From assembly GCF_036971445.1 (NCBI RefSeq), contig NC_091480.1, forward strand, positions 11,594,001-11,658,000: a DNA stretch of 64,000 nt, given 5' to 3'. Source of the stretch: Narcine bancroftii. Its lineage: Eukaryota. Positions within the stretch are counted from its first letter, which is position 1, and every line of letters starts with the position of its first letter. The position numbers and the translations under genes are program-made. The notes under the pieces were generated by a model that ran no database searches, had not been told where the DNA came from, and saw only the letters and a program-made list of their open reading frames with translations. Shown here piece by piece: positions 35,085 through 48,530 of the stretch.

Positions 35085-35499
35085 CAATGTAATTTTATTT
35101 CTGCATTGATTTCTATTTATAAAGCAGCAAATTATTTTGGACTGAAGAAAGGTTGATGTAGAGCAGTGCAATGATTTTAAAAATTCACTCAAACTATCTT
35201 GATTAGACTTTTTCTCCTCTGAATGTATATAAATTTTAAACAATCTTTCATGGGAACCTGTCAAAGATTTCCATCCAGTTTCCTTTGGACCTTTTTTCTG
35301 AAGCCATGAGAGTGTTTAGATTTATTTCATGGCCATTAAATGTGCCATCCACATGTCAAAATGAGGAAGTGCTAATTAATTTGGAGTAGAAATTGCAATT
35401 GTCCACATTCTGGTTTGTGTGTGTATATCTTCTATATCATCTCACTTTCATTTCCTACCACTATCTTTTTTAGTAATTTTCACTATCTTTGTACTCTGT

Positions 35500-35550
35500 G
35501 ACTCTTAATAAAACTAAACTTTCAAGAATATAATTTTTTAATAAAAACAG
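35500..35550 (+). terminator. Candidate ERI2 polyadenylation signals (two AATAAA)
   Basis: AATAAA at ~35507 and ~35540, about 420-460 nt after the stop; actual use not verifiable. Confidence 0.4.
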
Positions 35551-37392
35551 CATACAAAGAAACATCAGTGTAAACAATTTGAAATTCTCATGCATGTCGT
35601 TTTTCTGCTGTGTAATGTTCCAATGGTGGAAAATGATTGGCAACTAAAAATCATGAGCAAGTTCAGTTGTGGTGAATCTAAATTTGTACTTTTGATTATC
35701 ACTGGCTTATTAAATCTAACGGTAACCAAGTTCTTGATTATTGTTATCCAAAATGCCAACTTTTTTTTTGAGGGAAGTAAAATAATGTTCAATAGAATGT
35801 CTCATTCCATGATTCTCATTTTGTCTGCTTTTAAATGTTTTAATATTTCAATGTCATTATTATACTCTTATTTGTGCATTCCTTAAAGTAACTGCATTGC
35901 AAAAATTGTCAAGTTATTTGCAACACTGGAACTTGTTCAAGTGGTTTATAATAAATTACTATACAAGTAGTTATAGAAGAAGCATTTGATTATACAGATG
36001 CCTTTTTATGCAAGCCTTTAGCTGAATCAGTCTCACAAATTAAGCCTGCTGGAGCTCTGCTCATATTAGGAGTACAGGGTTTGCTGAATTTTTTTTAAAA
36101 AAAAAGGTAGTTTACTGCATAATGTATCGATTCCTGAAGCACAGATGGGCATGTAGCAGTCTTGAGTTCATGCCATTTATTCATTTAGTGGTGTTGCTTG
36201 TATGTCTGTTGACAGCCTTTAAAAGGAAAGCTCTCTTTGTATGCCAGAAAGAAAACTATCTCCTATCACAAAAGGAGAAATATGGGCAGCCAAAATTTGC
36301 ACTGGCAAAACTTTCTGTGGAGAGATGTTTGATAAATTTGGATTATCTGCAGATGTCTGTTCAGGTTAAGTGGTGCATCTTTTATTTCTGCATAACCACA
36401 TTTTCTTGTAGGAAATGGGAGCCAGTTGTGTGGTCTGGAGAAGCAGGCCTCAGAAGGGCAACATGCTTTTGATACCTAGGTCAAGCACACCTGTATAATT
36501 TCTCTTCAATTGATACCAAAAGTTTACTAATTCATGCATCAAATGCACACAGAAGCTTGTGGAAGGTGTACCTGTGGAAATTGGCCTCCTTCGCCACTTC
36601 GGAACCCACACAACTGGTTAAACATATCATCCTTTTTTCCAAGAAAACAATCAGTGATTGCTCACAGAATACTAAATGTACAGAATTAATTTTCACAATT
36701 TGCAATAAGAGAATTGGAATATGGACTGTTTGCATAACTAGTTATAGTACTTTTGGATATTGGTACATTTTTCCTTTGAGTACATTATGTAAATGCATTT
36801 GCAGTGTAAGATGAAAGCATTTGGGAAAACCTGTTTGCTTTGACTCTTCCAGCCACATCACATCTTTGGTGTACATTGTGTGACTGATGTCTGTCTTACA
36901 TGGGAATGGAATTCAGTCTTTTTTAATCTCTCCTGTGAGACAAGAATCCATTTGCAACATTTCACAACTTATCAGAGTTGGACTGAAATTTAACTTTTTA
37001 AATATTACAAAAAAAGTATATGAATCTCTTTCAGTTAGATTTAACAAAGCCAATGTGTCATTTCCTAGATTGTACTGATTACAACATGAGCTGTTCAATA
37101 TTTTGAACTTGAATAATGGGACATACTTAAAGACTTTTATCTACTTCATACAGAGTATGAGAATGTCACTTTCGACACAGAAGGTAAAAGCAGTAGCTGC
37201 ATCATTCTTCAGCGAGATGCCACAGCAGGTAAAAGGACACCAAAAACTATAACTCTTTCTTTTTGAATAAAGCTGTTGCACTTTATAAGACTGGGCAAAA
37301 ACTCTGCTAAAACCTACAAGATGGTGTTCAAATTATTGGTTGAATACAAAAGCAAAAATTGATTCCATTCTATGATGTAAAAAGAAAATGAT

Positions 37393-37478
37393 TTAAATCT
37401 TAATGTTTTCCCATTCTTTCTTTCTTAATTCTTCGGATTTTTCCACTCAGTTTTCGGTAGTTGCTTCACAAATTCAAT
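37393..37478 (-). pseudogene. ACSM3: ACSM3 last exon (IEFVKQLPKT/SGKIR/ELRKKEWENIKI*)
   Basis: Two small frameshifting deletions in the PKTxSGK motif region. Confidence 0.9.
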
Positions 37479-37601
37479 CTGAAGAAACAAAAATAGTCAA
37501 TATGTCACTAGTAAAATTTTGACACATTGTACAGTACAACTCCAATGATCTAAAATCCTCATTTATCAGCTGAACTGACCTCAGGTTGGAAAAATAAATT
37601 C

Positions 37602-37800
37602 ACTTGACGTGAAATTAGAATGAAAATGGTCCTTGTTTCAGTTAACTTCTGCCCCTCTTTCCATTTTTTCTTTACCTTCCCTTATTGACTCTTCTCTCCA
37701 ACTTGACATGAAATTAGAATGAAAATGGTCCTTGTTTCAGTTAACTTCCGCCCCTCTTTCCATTTTTTCTTTACCTTCCCTTATTGACTCTTCTCTCCAA
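37602..37800. repeat. 99-bp tandem duplication
   Basis: acttgac.tgaaattagaatg..ctcttctctcca twice, 2 mismatches seen. Confidence 0.9.
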
Positions 37801-38745
37801 CTCTCCCTCTCAAACTGCGTGCCACTGTCTCCAGCCACAAGTGGTTGGAAGAATCCCTTATCCCAGCAGAATCACTTGTCCTGGGACCATCATGGAGAAT
37901 GGCCTCCCGGGCAGCAGAGGGGACCTCAGGGTCAGTGACATTCATTTCCCTTCCCTCCCTCCACAGCACACGAACTCCAAATCCTCTCATCAGCCTACTA
38001 CCATACGCACACCAGACTCCTCAGTGTGTGTAGGCCTAGGGGAGGATTCGCGGTTGGGAGCTCTAGTGACTGGAGAGACGGGAACTTGCCAGTGAGTGTT
38101 CCACCGGCCCGGGAAGACTCCATAGGAATTAATGGCAGCGTTGGGGACATGTTGGGGATTGACTTTAGCCAGCATTTTTTTTTGGTGAGAATTAAACATT
38201 TTAATGGTTAAAAAGCCTTCCCTTGTTGCTTAAGCATGTCATTTGCTGTTGCGATTGTGCTGTTTTTTTTTAAAAAATGACCAGTTCTCCAAAAAAAATC
38301 ATTTATCTAACATAGGCATGGTCCCGACCATTTCACAATAAAGTTAAATATTTGAAATAAAGCAAATTCCAATAATTTTTTTCCATTCAATTACATAATT
38401 TCAGCCCTTGCATATCTAGATGAAAGAATCTGAATTAAATTTCAAGAGAGCCCCAAATATTTTCTCATGTGTAAATGCTTCTGTTGCAAAGATAACATTA
38501 CAAAACTGCCTCTTCCATCCACATCTGATGGAGATGGATCCATGATGTGCATACCATGAGTGTTTTGGGTTTTTAATACACAAATATGGCAGTATCTAAA
38601 AACTAATTTAGAATAAAAGTGCATAATATTACGACAACTTGTGGTCATTCACTACTCCATCTTGATTACTATACTTGAGAACTATGGATCAGCTATTGGT
38701 TAAACTGCCATTCCGAATAAGAAAGCTAAGAGGCAGAATATAGAC

Positions 38746-38865
38746 CTTCCTTGGATATTTATATGGTGCTGTGATTTTCTTAACATAGTCCTGTAATTCT
38801 TTAATTAACTTGTCAGGATCGTGTGAAGTGTAAGTAGGAGTTAGAATGACAAATGCCTTCACAAT
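38746..38865 (-). pseudogene. ACSM3: ACSM3 exon ([19 protein letters not shown])
   Basis: 120 nt open frame, AG/GT intact. Confidence 0.93.
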
Positions 38866-38981
38866 CTTAAAAGAAAAAAAGTTATTTTAAAAAGGAAATA
38901 TTAAAAATATATCAAGTACAGCTATGGGAATCATAAATAGATGCATCAATGAAAAGTAATTTTGCATTTGATTTTAAATTA

Positions 38982-39750
38982 CAGTGAAACCCCTGGTATC
39001 CAGAATGCAAGCAACTGGTAAAAAAAGGAAATTACATTTAAAAAAAAATTAAAATAAGAATAAAATAGGTTAAAAATATGCAAGTTTAAAATTGTAAATG
39101 TTCTCTGAAGTATCTATATAAAAAAAAAAAAAAATTGCAGTTACAATGACTTGTAGTCATTCACTACTCTATTTAGATTTCTATCCTGATGAACTATATA
39201 TTGGATATTAGTGAAGATGGGAGCAAGTATTCAGCCAGTGGAGGGCCTTGGTCTTGCTTTGCTCATCGCAGCTGTTTGAATAAAGTTGTGTAAAACAGCA
39301 AATGGTATCGCCCAGGATGAACAGCTGGTTGATACCGTTCGCTGTTTGGGTAACTCTCAAAGTGTCTCCTTATCCCTGCTTAGTAAGAGTTGCCCTGGTT
39401 GGAAGATTTATCTGTAAACTTTGGAGTGAGGTTAATTATCTATATATAATGTCATTGTTTGTCTTTTGGGTGGCTCTGTAGAAGGGAAGGATCCTGCAGA
39501 TGCAGTGATGATCAAATGTTTTCCAATAATGTGAATGAAAATAAAGTGAACTGTTTTAGGTTTATATATTCATGCAAGTGCAGTTTGTTCAGTGTATGTA
39601 TAGGACAGTGTTTTTGGTCTTTTAAATTGTTTATTCTTAATACAGGTGTATTAGTTGAGTGTTTTCAGAGGAAGTCTCAAGCAACCGGAAAGTACACTTA
39701 TCCAGCATTTACCAATCCCCACAGATGCCAGAAACAAGGGGTTTTAATGT
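38982..39750. mobile_element. Longer non-autonomous Tc1/mariner element of the same family
   Basis: tacagtgaaacccctggtatcc .. ggggttttaatgta. Confidence 0.55.
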
Positions 39751-41104
39751 AGTTATATTAAAGGAGATGAAAGACAAAGTAGCAGGTTTTTAACCCAAAA
39801 GTGTCCTTGGAATTAAACCAAAAACACTCTTATAAACTCTCTCTCTGTGCCCAAGAGTGTGTGGGAGCTAAAAGACGAGTTGACATGCATTAAGAGTGAA
39901 ATGAGTTTAACAAGTGTGACCAGAAGTTACCCACTCAGGAAATAAACAAGTAAACATTTTACTCAATGTTCAATGCGTTATTGTTAAGACTTAGAAAAAG
40001 TAAGCCACGGGTTCTTCATTCTGTAAGATCTAGACCTTGGTCCTACTTTCCTGGCTTTAATTCTGCCTCTGCATGCAAAATGCCAAAGATTGACAAGCCA
40101 AAGAATAAATTCCTCTTCTTCGCTGTCTTAAATAAAATTTTAAGATTGCCCCATAAGGAGAAATATCGTCTCAGCATCTACCCTATTAAGATGCTTGGAA
40201 TATGAATGAAGTAAGATCATCACTTGCTGTTCAAAGCTCTAAGAAGCAGCGGCTCAAACTTTTCCTTTCAAGACTGCTTCATTCCAGGAATCAATCTTTT
40301 CTGAATACCCACAAATACACATCTTCAGCTCATCAATGTCCTTCAGCAAAACTTCCCCTTGTTTCTACTCCATCCTCTGCAGTTAACGGTAACATTCTTT
40401 TTGCTTTCTTCATTACTTGTTCCTTCTGTTTGCATGCTTTCCACATTTTGTTCATTCACGTACACCCAGATTTTTGTGTTGTGCAGAATTTGCCTATTTA
40501 AAAAATGTTCCGTTTTACTTGTTCATTTCAATTTCCCCAGTGGCTTCTTTCTTTTTTGTTGCCTCCCAATCCTTGCAGCCTCCTGGTACTGTTCACAAAA
40601 CTTGTTTTCCCACCCATCTTTGTACTATCTTCAAATGTAGTTATAAAATACTTGATTTCTTCTTTTGAGTGAATAATATTGATTGTAAATAACTGAAACT
40701 TCAACTCTGATGCCAATGCCAACTGAAAAATGACCAAGTTATCGCCACTCTCTGGTTTCTGTGGGATAGCCAATCCTCTAGTAAGGCTAACCTATCTCCA
40801 CTTGTTCAATAACCTACTGTATATGGCACGGTACTGAAACCAAACCGTTTGTATCTACTGGTTTTCATTTAATTATCCCTGTTTGTTACTTGCTCAAACA
40901 CTCTAATACATTTGTCCAACATTATTTCCTTTTAATTAAACCACAAAGAATGCTTAATTGTATTTTAATTTTCTGAAATTTCTGCCATGACTTTCTTAAT
41001 GGAATGCATTAGCAACTCCTGCTAATTATCATTTAAGCTTGGCAAAACAAAACTATTTAGTAAATGATGAGCTGTTGATTAAATGAGTAGATTTCATGAC
41101 TCAC

Positions 41105-41204
41105 TTCTCTAATGGGATCAGGACCTGCTAAACGCAGCAGACTCCGCCACTGCTGGATGTTCTATTAAAATGTATTTTCTAACTCAAATGGTCCAATACG
41201 GTAC
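41105..41204 (-). pseudogene. ACSM3: ACSM3 exon (YRIGPFELENT/LIEHPAVAESAAFS/PDPIRE)
   Basis: Two 1-nt insertions; donor gtgagt. Confidence 0.9.
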
Positions 41205-41484
41205 CTTAAGCGTAATTTAAAAAAAAAAATTAAGGGGTCACAAAAGTTTAATTATTCAACATTTCTTAAGATTTTTTCTTCTAACCACTTATATAGAACT
41301 TGTTTTTGGAAGCTGCAAAGATCCTGCTGTAAATTAAATCTCCAGCTCTTAATGTTGATTTTGTTTTGAATATTTATTGTTTTTTTAAAAATTCAATTAA
41401 GTATTTAGGATGTAATTATTTTGTAGTTTTAAAACAAAGTATCTCTTCAGGCTGCAGCAAAACATTTTGCAGCGTGTACATTGT

Positions 41485-42022
41485 TCTTCTTTGGCTTGGC
41501 TTCGCGGACGAAGATTTATGGAGGGGGTAAAAAGTCCACGTCAGCTGCAGGCTCGTTTGTGGCTGACCAGTCCGATGCGGGACAGGCAGACACGATTGCA
41601 GCGGTTGCAAGGGAAAATTTTGGTTGGTTGGGGTTGGGTGTTGGGTTTTTCCTCCTTTGCCTTTTGTCAGTGAGGTGGGCTCTGCGGTCTTCTTCAAAGG
41701 AGGCTGCTGCCCGCCAAACTGTGAGGCGCCAAGATGCACGGTTTGAGGCGTTATCAGCCCACTGGCGGTGGTCAATGTGGCAGGCATCAAGAGATTTCTT
41801 TAGGCAGTCCTTGTACCTTTTCTTTGGTGCACCTCTGTCACGGTGGCCAGTGGAGAGCTCGCCATATAATACGATCTTGGGAAGGCGATGGTCCTCCATT
41901 CTGGAGACGTGACCCATCCAGCGCAGCTGGATCTTCAGCAGCGTGGACTCGATGCTGTCGACCTCTGCCATCTCGAGTACCTCGACGTTAGGGGTGTGAG
42001 CGCTCCAATGGATGTTGAGGAT
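41485..42022 (-). mobile_element. RTE-clade LINE 3' fragment with TSD tgtacattgt (41475-41484 / 42025-42034)
   Basis: Same family as above; flanking direct repeat visible. Confidence 0.85.
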
Positions 42023-42400
42023 ATTGTACATTGTACAATATGACAATAAAACCCATTTTACAGTGTGTGTACATTGTACAATATGACAATAAAACCCATT
42101 TTACAGCGTGTGTACATTGTACAATATGACAATAAAACCCATTTTACAGCGTGTGTACATTGTACAATATGACAATAAAACCCATTTTACAGCGTGTGTA
42201 CATTGTACAATATGACAATAAACCCCATTTTACAGCGTGTGTACATTGTACAATATGACAATAAACCCCATTTTACAGCGTGTGTACATTGTACAATATG
42301 ACATTAAACCCCATTTTACAGCGTGTGTACATTGTACAATATGACAATAAACCCCATTTTACAGCGTGTGTACATTGTACAATATGACAATAAACCCCAT
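42023..42400. repeat. 43-bp minisatellite x ~9
   Basis: attgtacaatatgacaataaaacccattttacagcgtgtgtac; period 43. Confidence 0.95.
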
Positions 42401-42942
42401 TATCATTCAGTTAACAAAATTCCTTCAATTCGTCTTTCTGATAAAAATGTAATGACTACAAAACTAACTTCCAATAATTGTCTGATAATTACTGTTCTAA
42501 ATGTTTTGCTATTTGATTTTATATTTTTATTCTTGCTATATTAACTAATGGAGAACATCATATTTACTATCCAGTTCAAAATAGCTCCAAAATAACTATT
42601 CCATGGAATAATAATTTGAGTTACCCAAATAATGAATTGTCAACTGTACAAGCAATTTCCAGTTATTAGTTTCTTCTTACCCTTTCTACATATATTTTGT
42701 ATCCAACTAGACATCTGACTAGACCAAGCAAGGATGGAAATTATCATCTTTGGTTAATGTGATTCATTTTGTTTGGAACTTGGTTGTTTGATTTTTGTTG
42801 TTGTGGGGAAAAAATATTTTAGAATATTTTGTAAAATCAAATGCATAAGGATTCTCTTGTATTGTAAAGTACAATACAACTGTCAAACCTCAAATACACA
42901 ACAGTGGAACTGATTATATAGGGTAATATTGGATAACTGTAC

Positions 42943-43070
42943 CCAGATGATAAAATTATATCATCTGCTCTTCCCATAAACCAGATGTATCCATCCTCAT
43001 CCACTTGACCACGGTCTCCAGTCAGATAGTAGTCTCCTCGAATGGTTGCAGCAGTTTGTTTTGGCTGATC
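42943..43070 (-). pseudogene. ACSM3: ACSM3 exon ([32 protein letters not shown])
   Basis: 128 nt open frame but acceptor CAG->CAT. Confidence 0.93.
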
Positions 43071-44491
43071 ATGGCAACACATAAATAAGGCAGCTCAAAA
43101 GTTCAAAAGCAATTCAATAATTATTTAAAACAATTCTCTAGTTGTTTAAAAAAACAACAAGCCCCTTTCAGATGACTTATTATTACAAATGTAGAGCAAA
43201 AAGTGTGCTTAAGATGGTGTTCAGTCAATTTAAAAGTTTGAATTTGAGCAAAATTTAATACTCAATGAAGCAGAGGAAAGTTTAGGGGAGATGTCAGAGG
43301 GTGGTGGGTGCCTGGAATGCACTGCTCGAGGTGGAAGAAGAGGGTCATACAAAAGGGATATTTAAAAGACTTGGATGCAAAAGTAAAATGGACAGATGAG
43401 CTATGAGGGTGGGAAGGGTTAGGTCGATAGTAGATTGGGTACACAGGTATACCCCACTTTATGAAGGTGGAGCATTCTTGAGAAACAGTTGTAAATTGAA
43501 AATTCGTAAAGCAAAGACCCATTGGAGGCAATTTTTGTAAAAGCGAAAATCCATTATAATTTCTTAGTAAAAGCAAACACAGGTTTCTTTGTTTAAGCAA
43601 ATGTTCAAAGTGGGGTTGATCTATATATAGGTTGACACAACAGCATTGGCTGAAGGACCTGCACTGTTCTCTGTACTAAAGACCATCTCAAATCTATTAT
43701 TTACCATAATTTAGATATGTATCGTGGTAACAGGCCATTTAGGCCCATGAGGTTGTGCTGCCCAATTTAAACCTAATTAATCTTCAACACCCAATTAATC
43801 TACACCCCTGGTACGTTTCAAATGGTGGGAGGAATCCAGTGCCCCCAAAGAAAACCCAAATAGACTCTGGGAGAACGTACAAACTCCTTGGACAGTGCAG
43901 GATTCGAACCCTGGTCCCAAATCACTGGTGCCGTAAAGGCCTTTATCTTTGTTGTTTATGATACTCTGGATACTTCATGTTCCTTTTCTTTTGCGCAACT
44001 ATTTCACACAAGTATATTTTAGTTCTTGTAATCTTCCCCGCACATATCCTCACATTCACAAAAGGTTCTTTAGCACCCTTCTATCCCCTGCTTAAAAAAA
44101 AAAGAGCCTGGTCAAATTTTTAAATATTGAACTAGTCGCAAGAATTCTTTTGAGATTACAACATGGTAGGCATGTGTTAAATGCACAAGATCTCTTTCTT
44201 GTCTAATCTGTGTCCCAACAATAACTCTGTCAGGTCAGGTTGGCTTCTTGATAGGATTCAATTGTCAATTCAATGCAAATCGAAAGAGTTCATTTTCCTA
44301 GATTCAATATTTCAATTGAGTGTGTTGCCTAAATATTATTATAGGTCCACTGCATTATCCATCATTGTTTAAATTGGTTTGCTAAATCAAAACATATTGC
44401 ATTAATCAATCAATAAAAGGTATGATACAATAAAATAAGACTGGGACAATTGGAATATTTTAAAATAATACTTGGAATAGGATTACCGTAC

Positions 44492-44577
44492 AATGTATTA
44501 TGAAAATAGGCAGAAGGGTTTAACAGACTTCATGTTCACCTTCCAGGAGGAAGCACATTGCAATTCTCATCTATGAC
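44492..44577 (-). pseudogene. ACSM3: ACSM3 exon (VIDENCNVLPPG../KPFCLFS*YI)
   Basis: 86 nt, shortened by frameshifting deletions, plus TAA. Confidence 0.85.
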
Positions 44578-45574
44578 CTGAAATGAAAATGACAAATATT
44601 CTGAAAAGGTATGATTGATTCAGAAATAATCTGTTATGGGATCACCAATAAAATTTGTTTGATCTTTCAAGTTGAAATGTACTGTAGAGAATTGTACTTT
44701 TATTCTTGCCCTGATCCCTATTACTGTTCCAAGATAAAAAAATTTTTTTTTGTACATGGAAGTTTTTCATTTATTTGCTCTGTCAAGGCAGGCAAAGAGG
44801 TACCGCATATACTGCACCACTACCAAGAAAGAGAAGAAAATGAGAGTCCCAACAGAGACATCTAGAGTCCATGGATCCTGCCACCTCCTGCGCTCCCATA
44901 ATCCCTAAAGATGTAATTTCCTGACCAGCGGAGAATGCAAGCTTGAGGCACCTCAGATATCTCCTTGACCTCCTAGTTCTGAACTCCGAAAACTATTAGA
45001 AAGTCATCAATGCCTGAGGCTCTTCAGGAGTCGTGCTTGCCATGGGAACCTTCAAGAATCATGGACCCGATACCTAGCTTCCACAGGCTGTTCACTGACA
45101 ATCTGCAGCCTGGTGTGAATCCTTCATTTGCCAAGCCCTGCTGCTGTCATCCCTATCTGGCAAGGCCCCCTCTCAGTGAATCCAGACAGAAATTTTAAAA
45201 ATATAATTTACCTTAGCCTTTTTTTTTTAAATACCCACTCTTGTTTCTCAGGTTCTCTGGAAAATTTGGTACCTTGTGGGATTTCTCTAGTTCAGGGGTG
45301 GCCAACCTTTTAATTTCGACATCCACCATGGTAACAGGCCATTTCGGCCCACAAGTACATTCCAGGGGTGTACGTATGAACTACCTACGACATAACCCTC
45401 TATTTTTTGCTCAGCTCAATGTCCCTATCTAATAGTCTCTTAAAGATCCTGTTGTACTTTCCTCCATCACCGTTGTCAACTGAGCATCCTCTGCTCCCAC
45501 CACTGATTGTGTGAAGCAAAGTTTATCCTTTCTTTAACATAAAATAAAACCTGTCAATCAAGTTAAGTACATAC

Positions 45575-45698
45575 AGTTTCTGTCTGTCCATATCCTTCAT
45601 AGATGTCCAAGCCAGTCTACTCTTTCCACATTTCCATCACCTCAGGGTTAATGGGTTCACCAGCACTCGCGCAGTGCTGGAGATTTTTTAATTTATAC
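45575..45698 (-). pseudogene. ACSM3: ACSM3 exon (HCASAGEPINPEV..KE*TGLDIYEGYGQTET)
   Basis: 124 nt; in-frame TAG; YGQTE motif. Confidence 0.93.
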
Positions 45699-46910
45699 CT
45701 AATTTGGAGAAATAAAAGTCAGGCCAAGCGATGTAGACTTCATTTTTACATCAGTCTAATTGTCTCTGAGATCAGTCTAAAGAGACCTGACAAGGAAAAG
45801 AGAATAAATCCACAATTTCTTTTCAGTACATTATGAACCTGAAGGCACCCATAACTGCATTGGAAAATGGCAGCGCTGTCACTAGTGCGGACCCAAGGGG
45901 AGCGAGGAGCAGACATTCAGTGCTCCCGCAAGGTCCAACTGCCATCAGCTCTGTACAGTCTTTGAAAGGAGCTGACAGTAGTTTTATTTAAAATCCCGTG
46001 ACCACGGGGCCTGCACCCAAGATGGCAGGGCCTATGATCAACAGTCATGGGGTTTCAGATTCCAGGGGAGCGGAGGACTGGCGCAGGGCACCAGAAAATG
46101 GGGAGTCTATCCCCTGTCTGAAAAGGAGAAGCAGAGGAGACGACCCAGGGGGCACTGACCACGGTGGCAGACCCGTGAGGGGGGTCTGCGGCCCAAAGAC
46201 CAATGGAGGCTGTGGGCTGCTGGAGACTGCCGTCAGGAGATTCGCGCTGGACTGCTGGAGACCAGCTGGAAACTGGGTGAAGGGGTATCAGTTATCAGAA
46301 ATTAATGATAGAATAATGAAAAACGATAGGTAAAATATTTTATCTACAGCAATACGAGTATACGAGCTTTTATTGACAACAGAACCAGAATCATTTAATT
46401 CACATCTCAGATTTCAAATGTATTGTCAAAGAGTACATACACGACATCACATACAACCCAGAGATTCTTTTTCCTGTGGGCGAGGCAGAATTATCACTTA
46501 TTGCTAGTGCAGTAAAACAACTGTTACACAACATACACATGCAAATAAAGAAAGAAATGCAAACAAAGTGACTGTGCAATACAGAGAGGAGAAATCAAAT
46601 CAATGAAGTGCAAAGATAAGAATCCCTAAATGGCCTATAAAAAGGTTTCTGGCCATGATTCAAGCGTGTCACCATGTGAGTGGCAAGCTCATCAGTATGG
46701 AGACAATAAATAGACGGTAAATACAAGAAAAATAGCTTATGAACCAATTATTTGGAACAAGAAAACATTTAATATTTGTCATTTAGGCTTAAGCTTTAAT
46801 TAAAACTACAACAATTTTTTTTGTGATTAAGTTACTCTTAGATTTCAGATTTTATATTGCTTAATGATTTTTATTCTCCACACAAATAGTACACAAATTT
46901 GTTTTCTGAC

Positions 46911-47054
46911 CTTCCGTTCACTGACAGGCCTATTTCTAAGCTTCCATGGGTGTGAAGTGTCATTTTAGGAGCACCAGAGGTTCCACAAGTGAAGAAAATC
47001 GTCAATGGATCTGAGCTCTTGGTCTTTGCACATTTGTGATCAGATGATGCATTT
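46911..47054 (-). pseudogene. ACSM3: ACSM3 exon with AMP-binding P-loop (IFFTCGTSGAPK)
   Basis: 144 nt, open frame, AG/GT intact; the conserved TSG reads TCG. Confidence 0.92.
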
Positions 47055-47943
47055 CTTAAGAACTGAAATTAAGACTCTTGTCAAACATAACTTTTCCCCA
47101 AACAAATTTACAGTTTAATCTATAAAGTGCATCTAAAGTGGTCAAATATTCCTATGCTCTGAAACAAAGTATAATCAACCAAAGAATAATGATATACAGA
47201 CTTAGAATGTGATACCAGGCCAGATGATGGAAGAATTAGTGAAAGACATACATCAGAAGAAGCATCTTAAGAAGGAGAGACAAGTAAGAGGCGGATACCT
47301 CAGAGACAGGAATCCACAGCCACAGGGCAATGAAGCTGAAATCAGAGCTGCAATGCAGTGATTAAGATCTTGAATGCCCAAAAAGCTAGAATCAGTGGTA
47401 AGATTTATTGAACACGTCTTATTTAACTTTAGATGTGACCATTCCAGTGAACTCATATGCACGACATCAAATTATGGGCATCAAAACATTTGGATAACGA
47501 TGTTTTTGATGACCATAATTTTGTGTCGTGCATTGGAGTTCACTGGAATGGTCAAAATTAGAGTCAAATAAGACATGAAGATTTTAGCAGAAGATGAGCT
47601 GAAGCAGGAGTGGAGAGTGTTTATATTATGGAGTTGAGAATAAGGTTAAGAAAGACTGCAGACGCTGAGGTCAAGTGCAATACACAAAATGATGGAGATA
47701 CTCAGCAGGTCAAGCAACATCTATAGGAAGTAACCAACATTGCCCAAGAGCTGGAAATAGGTCCTGTTTGTAAATGAAAATATATAGGGACAAAAATATA
47801 GTTGTGCCAAAACCATGTTTGAAAATGGCCTAGCTCAACTTCACACAATATTTTCAAATTCAGATTTATTGTCAGAGTACATACATGACATCACATTCTT
47901 TTTCCTGTGGGCGAGGCACTTATTGGTAATCCAAATAAAAACT

Positions 47944-48530
47944 TGTATTGGGAAGGGCTGTGGCTTTCATATGACAGCACTGCCCCAACCGAGTTGCCAA
48001 TCAAGGTTTGGTTCCGCCCCACCCATTAGTGCACACCTTTTTGTTGGCCACATGTAAATTACCTGGACTCCACTCTCCAGTCTGCCTGTACTTAGCCTTG
48101 GGTCATTGGCTGTCATAATTAGATTAACCCTCCTGCCACTGAGCTATTGGCCCCCAGTAAATGATGTAGGCTTGTCCCTCCAGCACTATAAAGGTGCCAT
48201 GTGCTGCTTGTTCTCTCTTTTGCCAGTTTGGGACCACCCTGCTTCACTTCAGGCCTAGAAATGTGGAAGGGTGCTGGAGAAACTGTTGGTAAGATGTGCA
48301 CTGTTAAAAGGGTTGGGAGCATTTAATTAGTGTCCCTTGTAGCAAGAGCCGTGTCTGCACTGAGTCAGGGGGCGGGGGGCGGGGGTCATAGTGATTTTTA
48401 CCAGTTCATTGTGTGAGTGTGTAGAGAGGTTTGCCTAACGTATCGATCCTGTTGTCCCATTTCCATCCCTACAATGAACTTGTGCTTTGCACTTTGATCT
48501 GGTTCTTAACCTGTGGGACCCACACAAACC
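47944..48530 (+). mobile_element. Possible solo LTR
   Basis: TG start, TATAAA at ~48187, interrupts a repeat; termini uncertain. Confidence 0.3.

Noticed and set aside
38636-39200. ~55-bp imperfect duplicate at ~38636 and ~39148
   Set aside because: Short and degenerate; the second copy lies in a MITE; no evident function
44770-44820. Minus-strand ICGT as a remnant of the missing ACSM3 VLICG exon
   Set aside because: Too short to support
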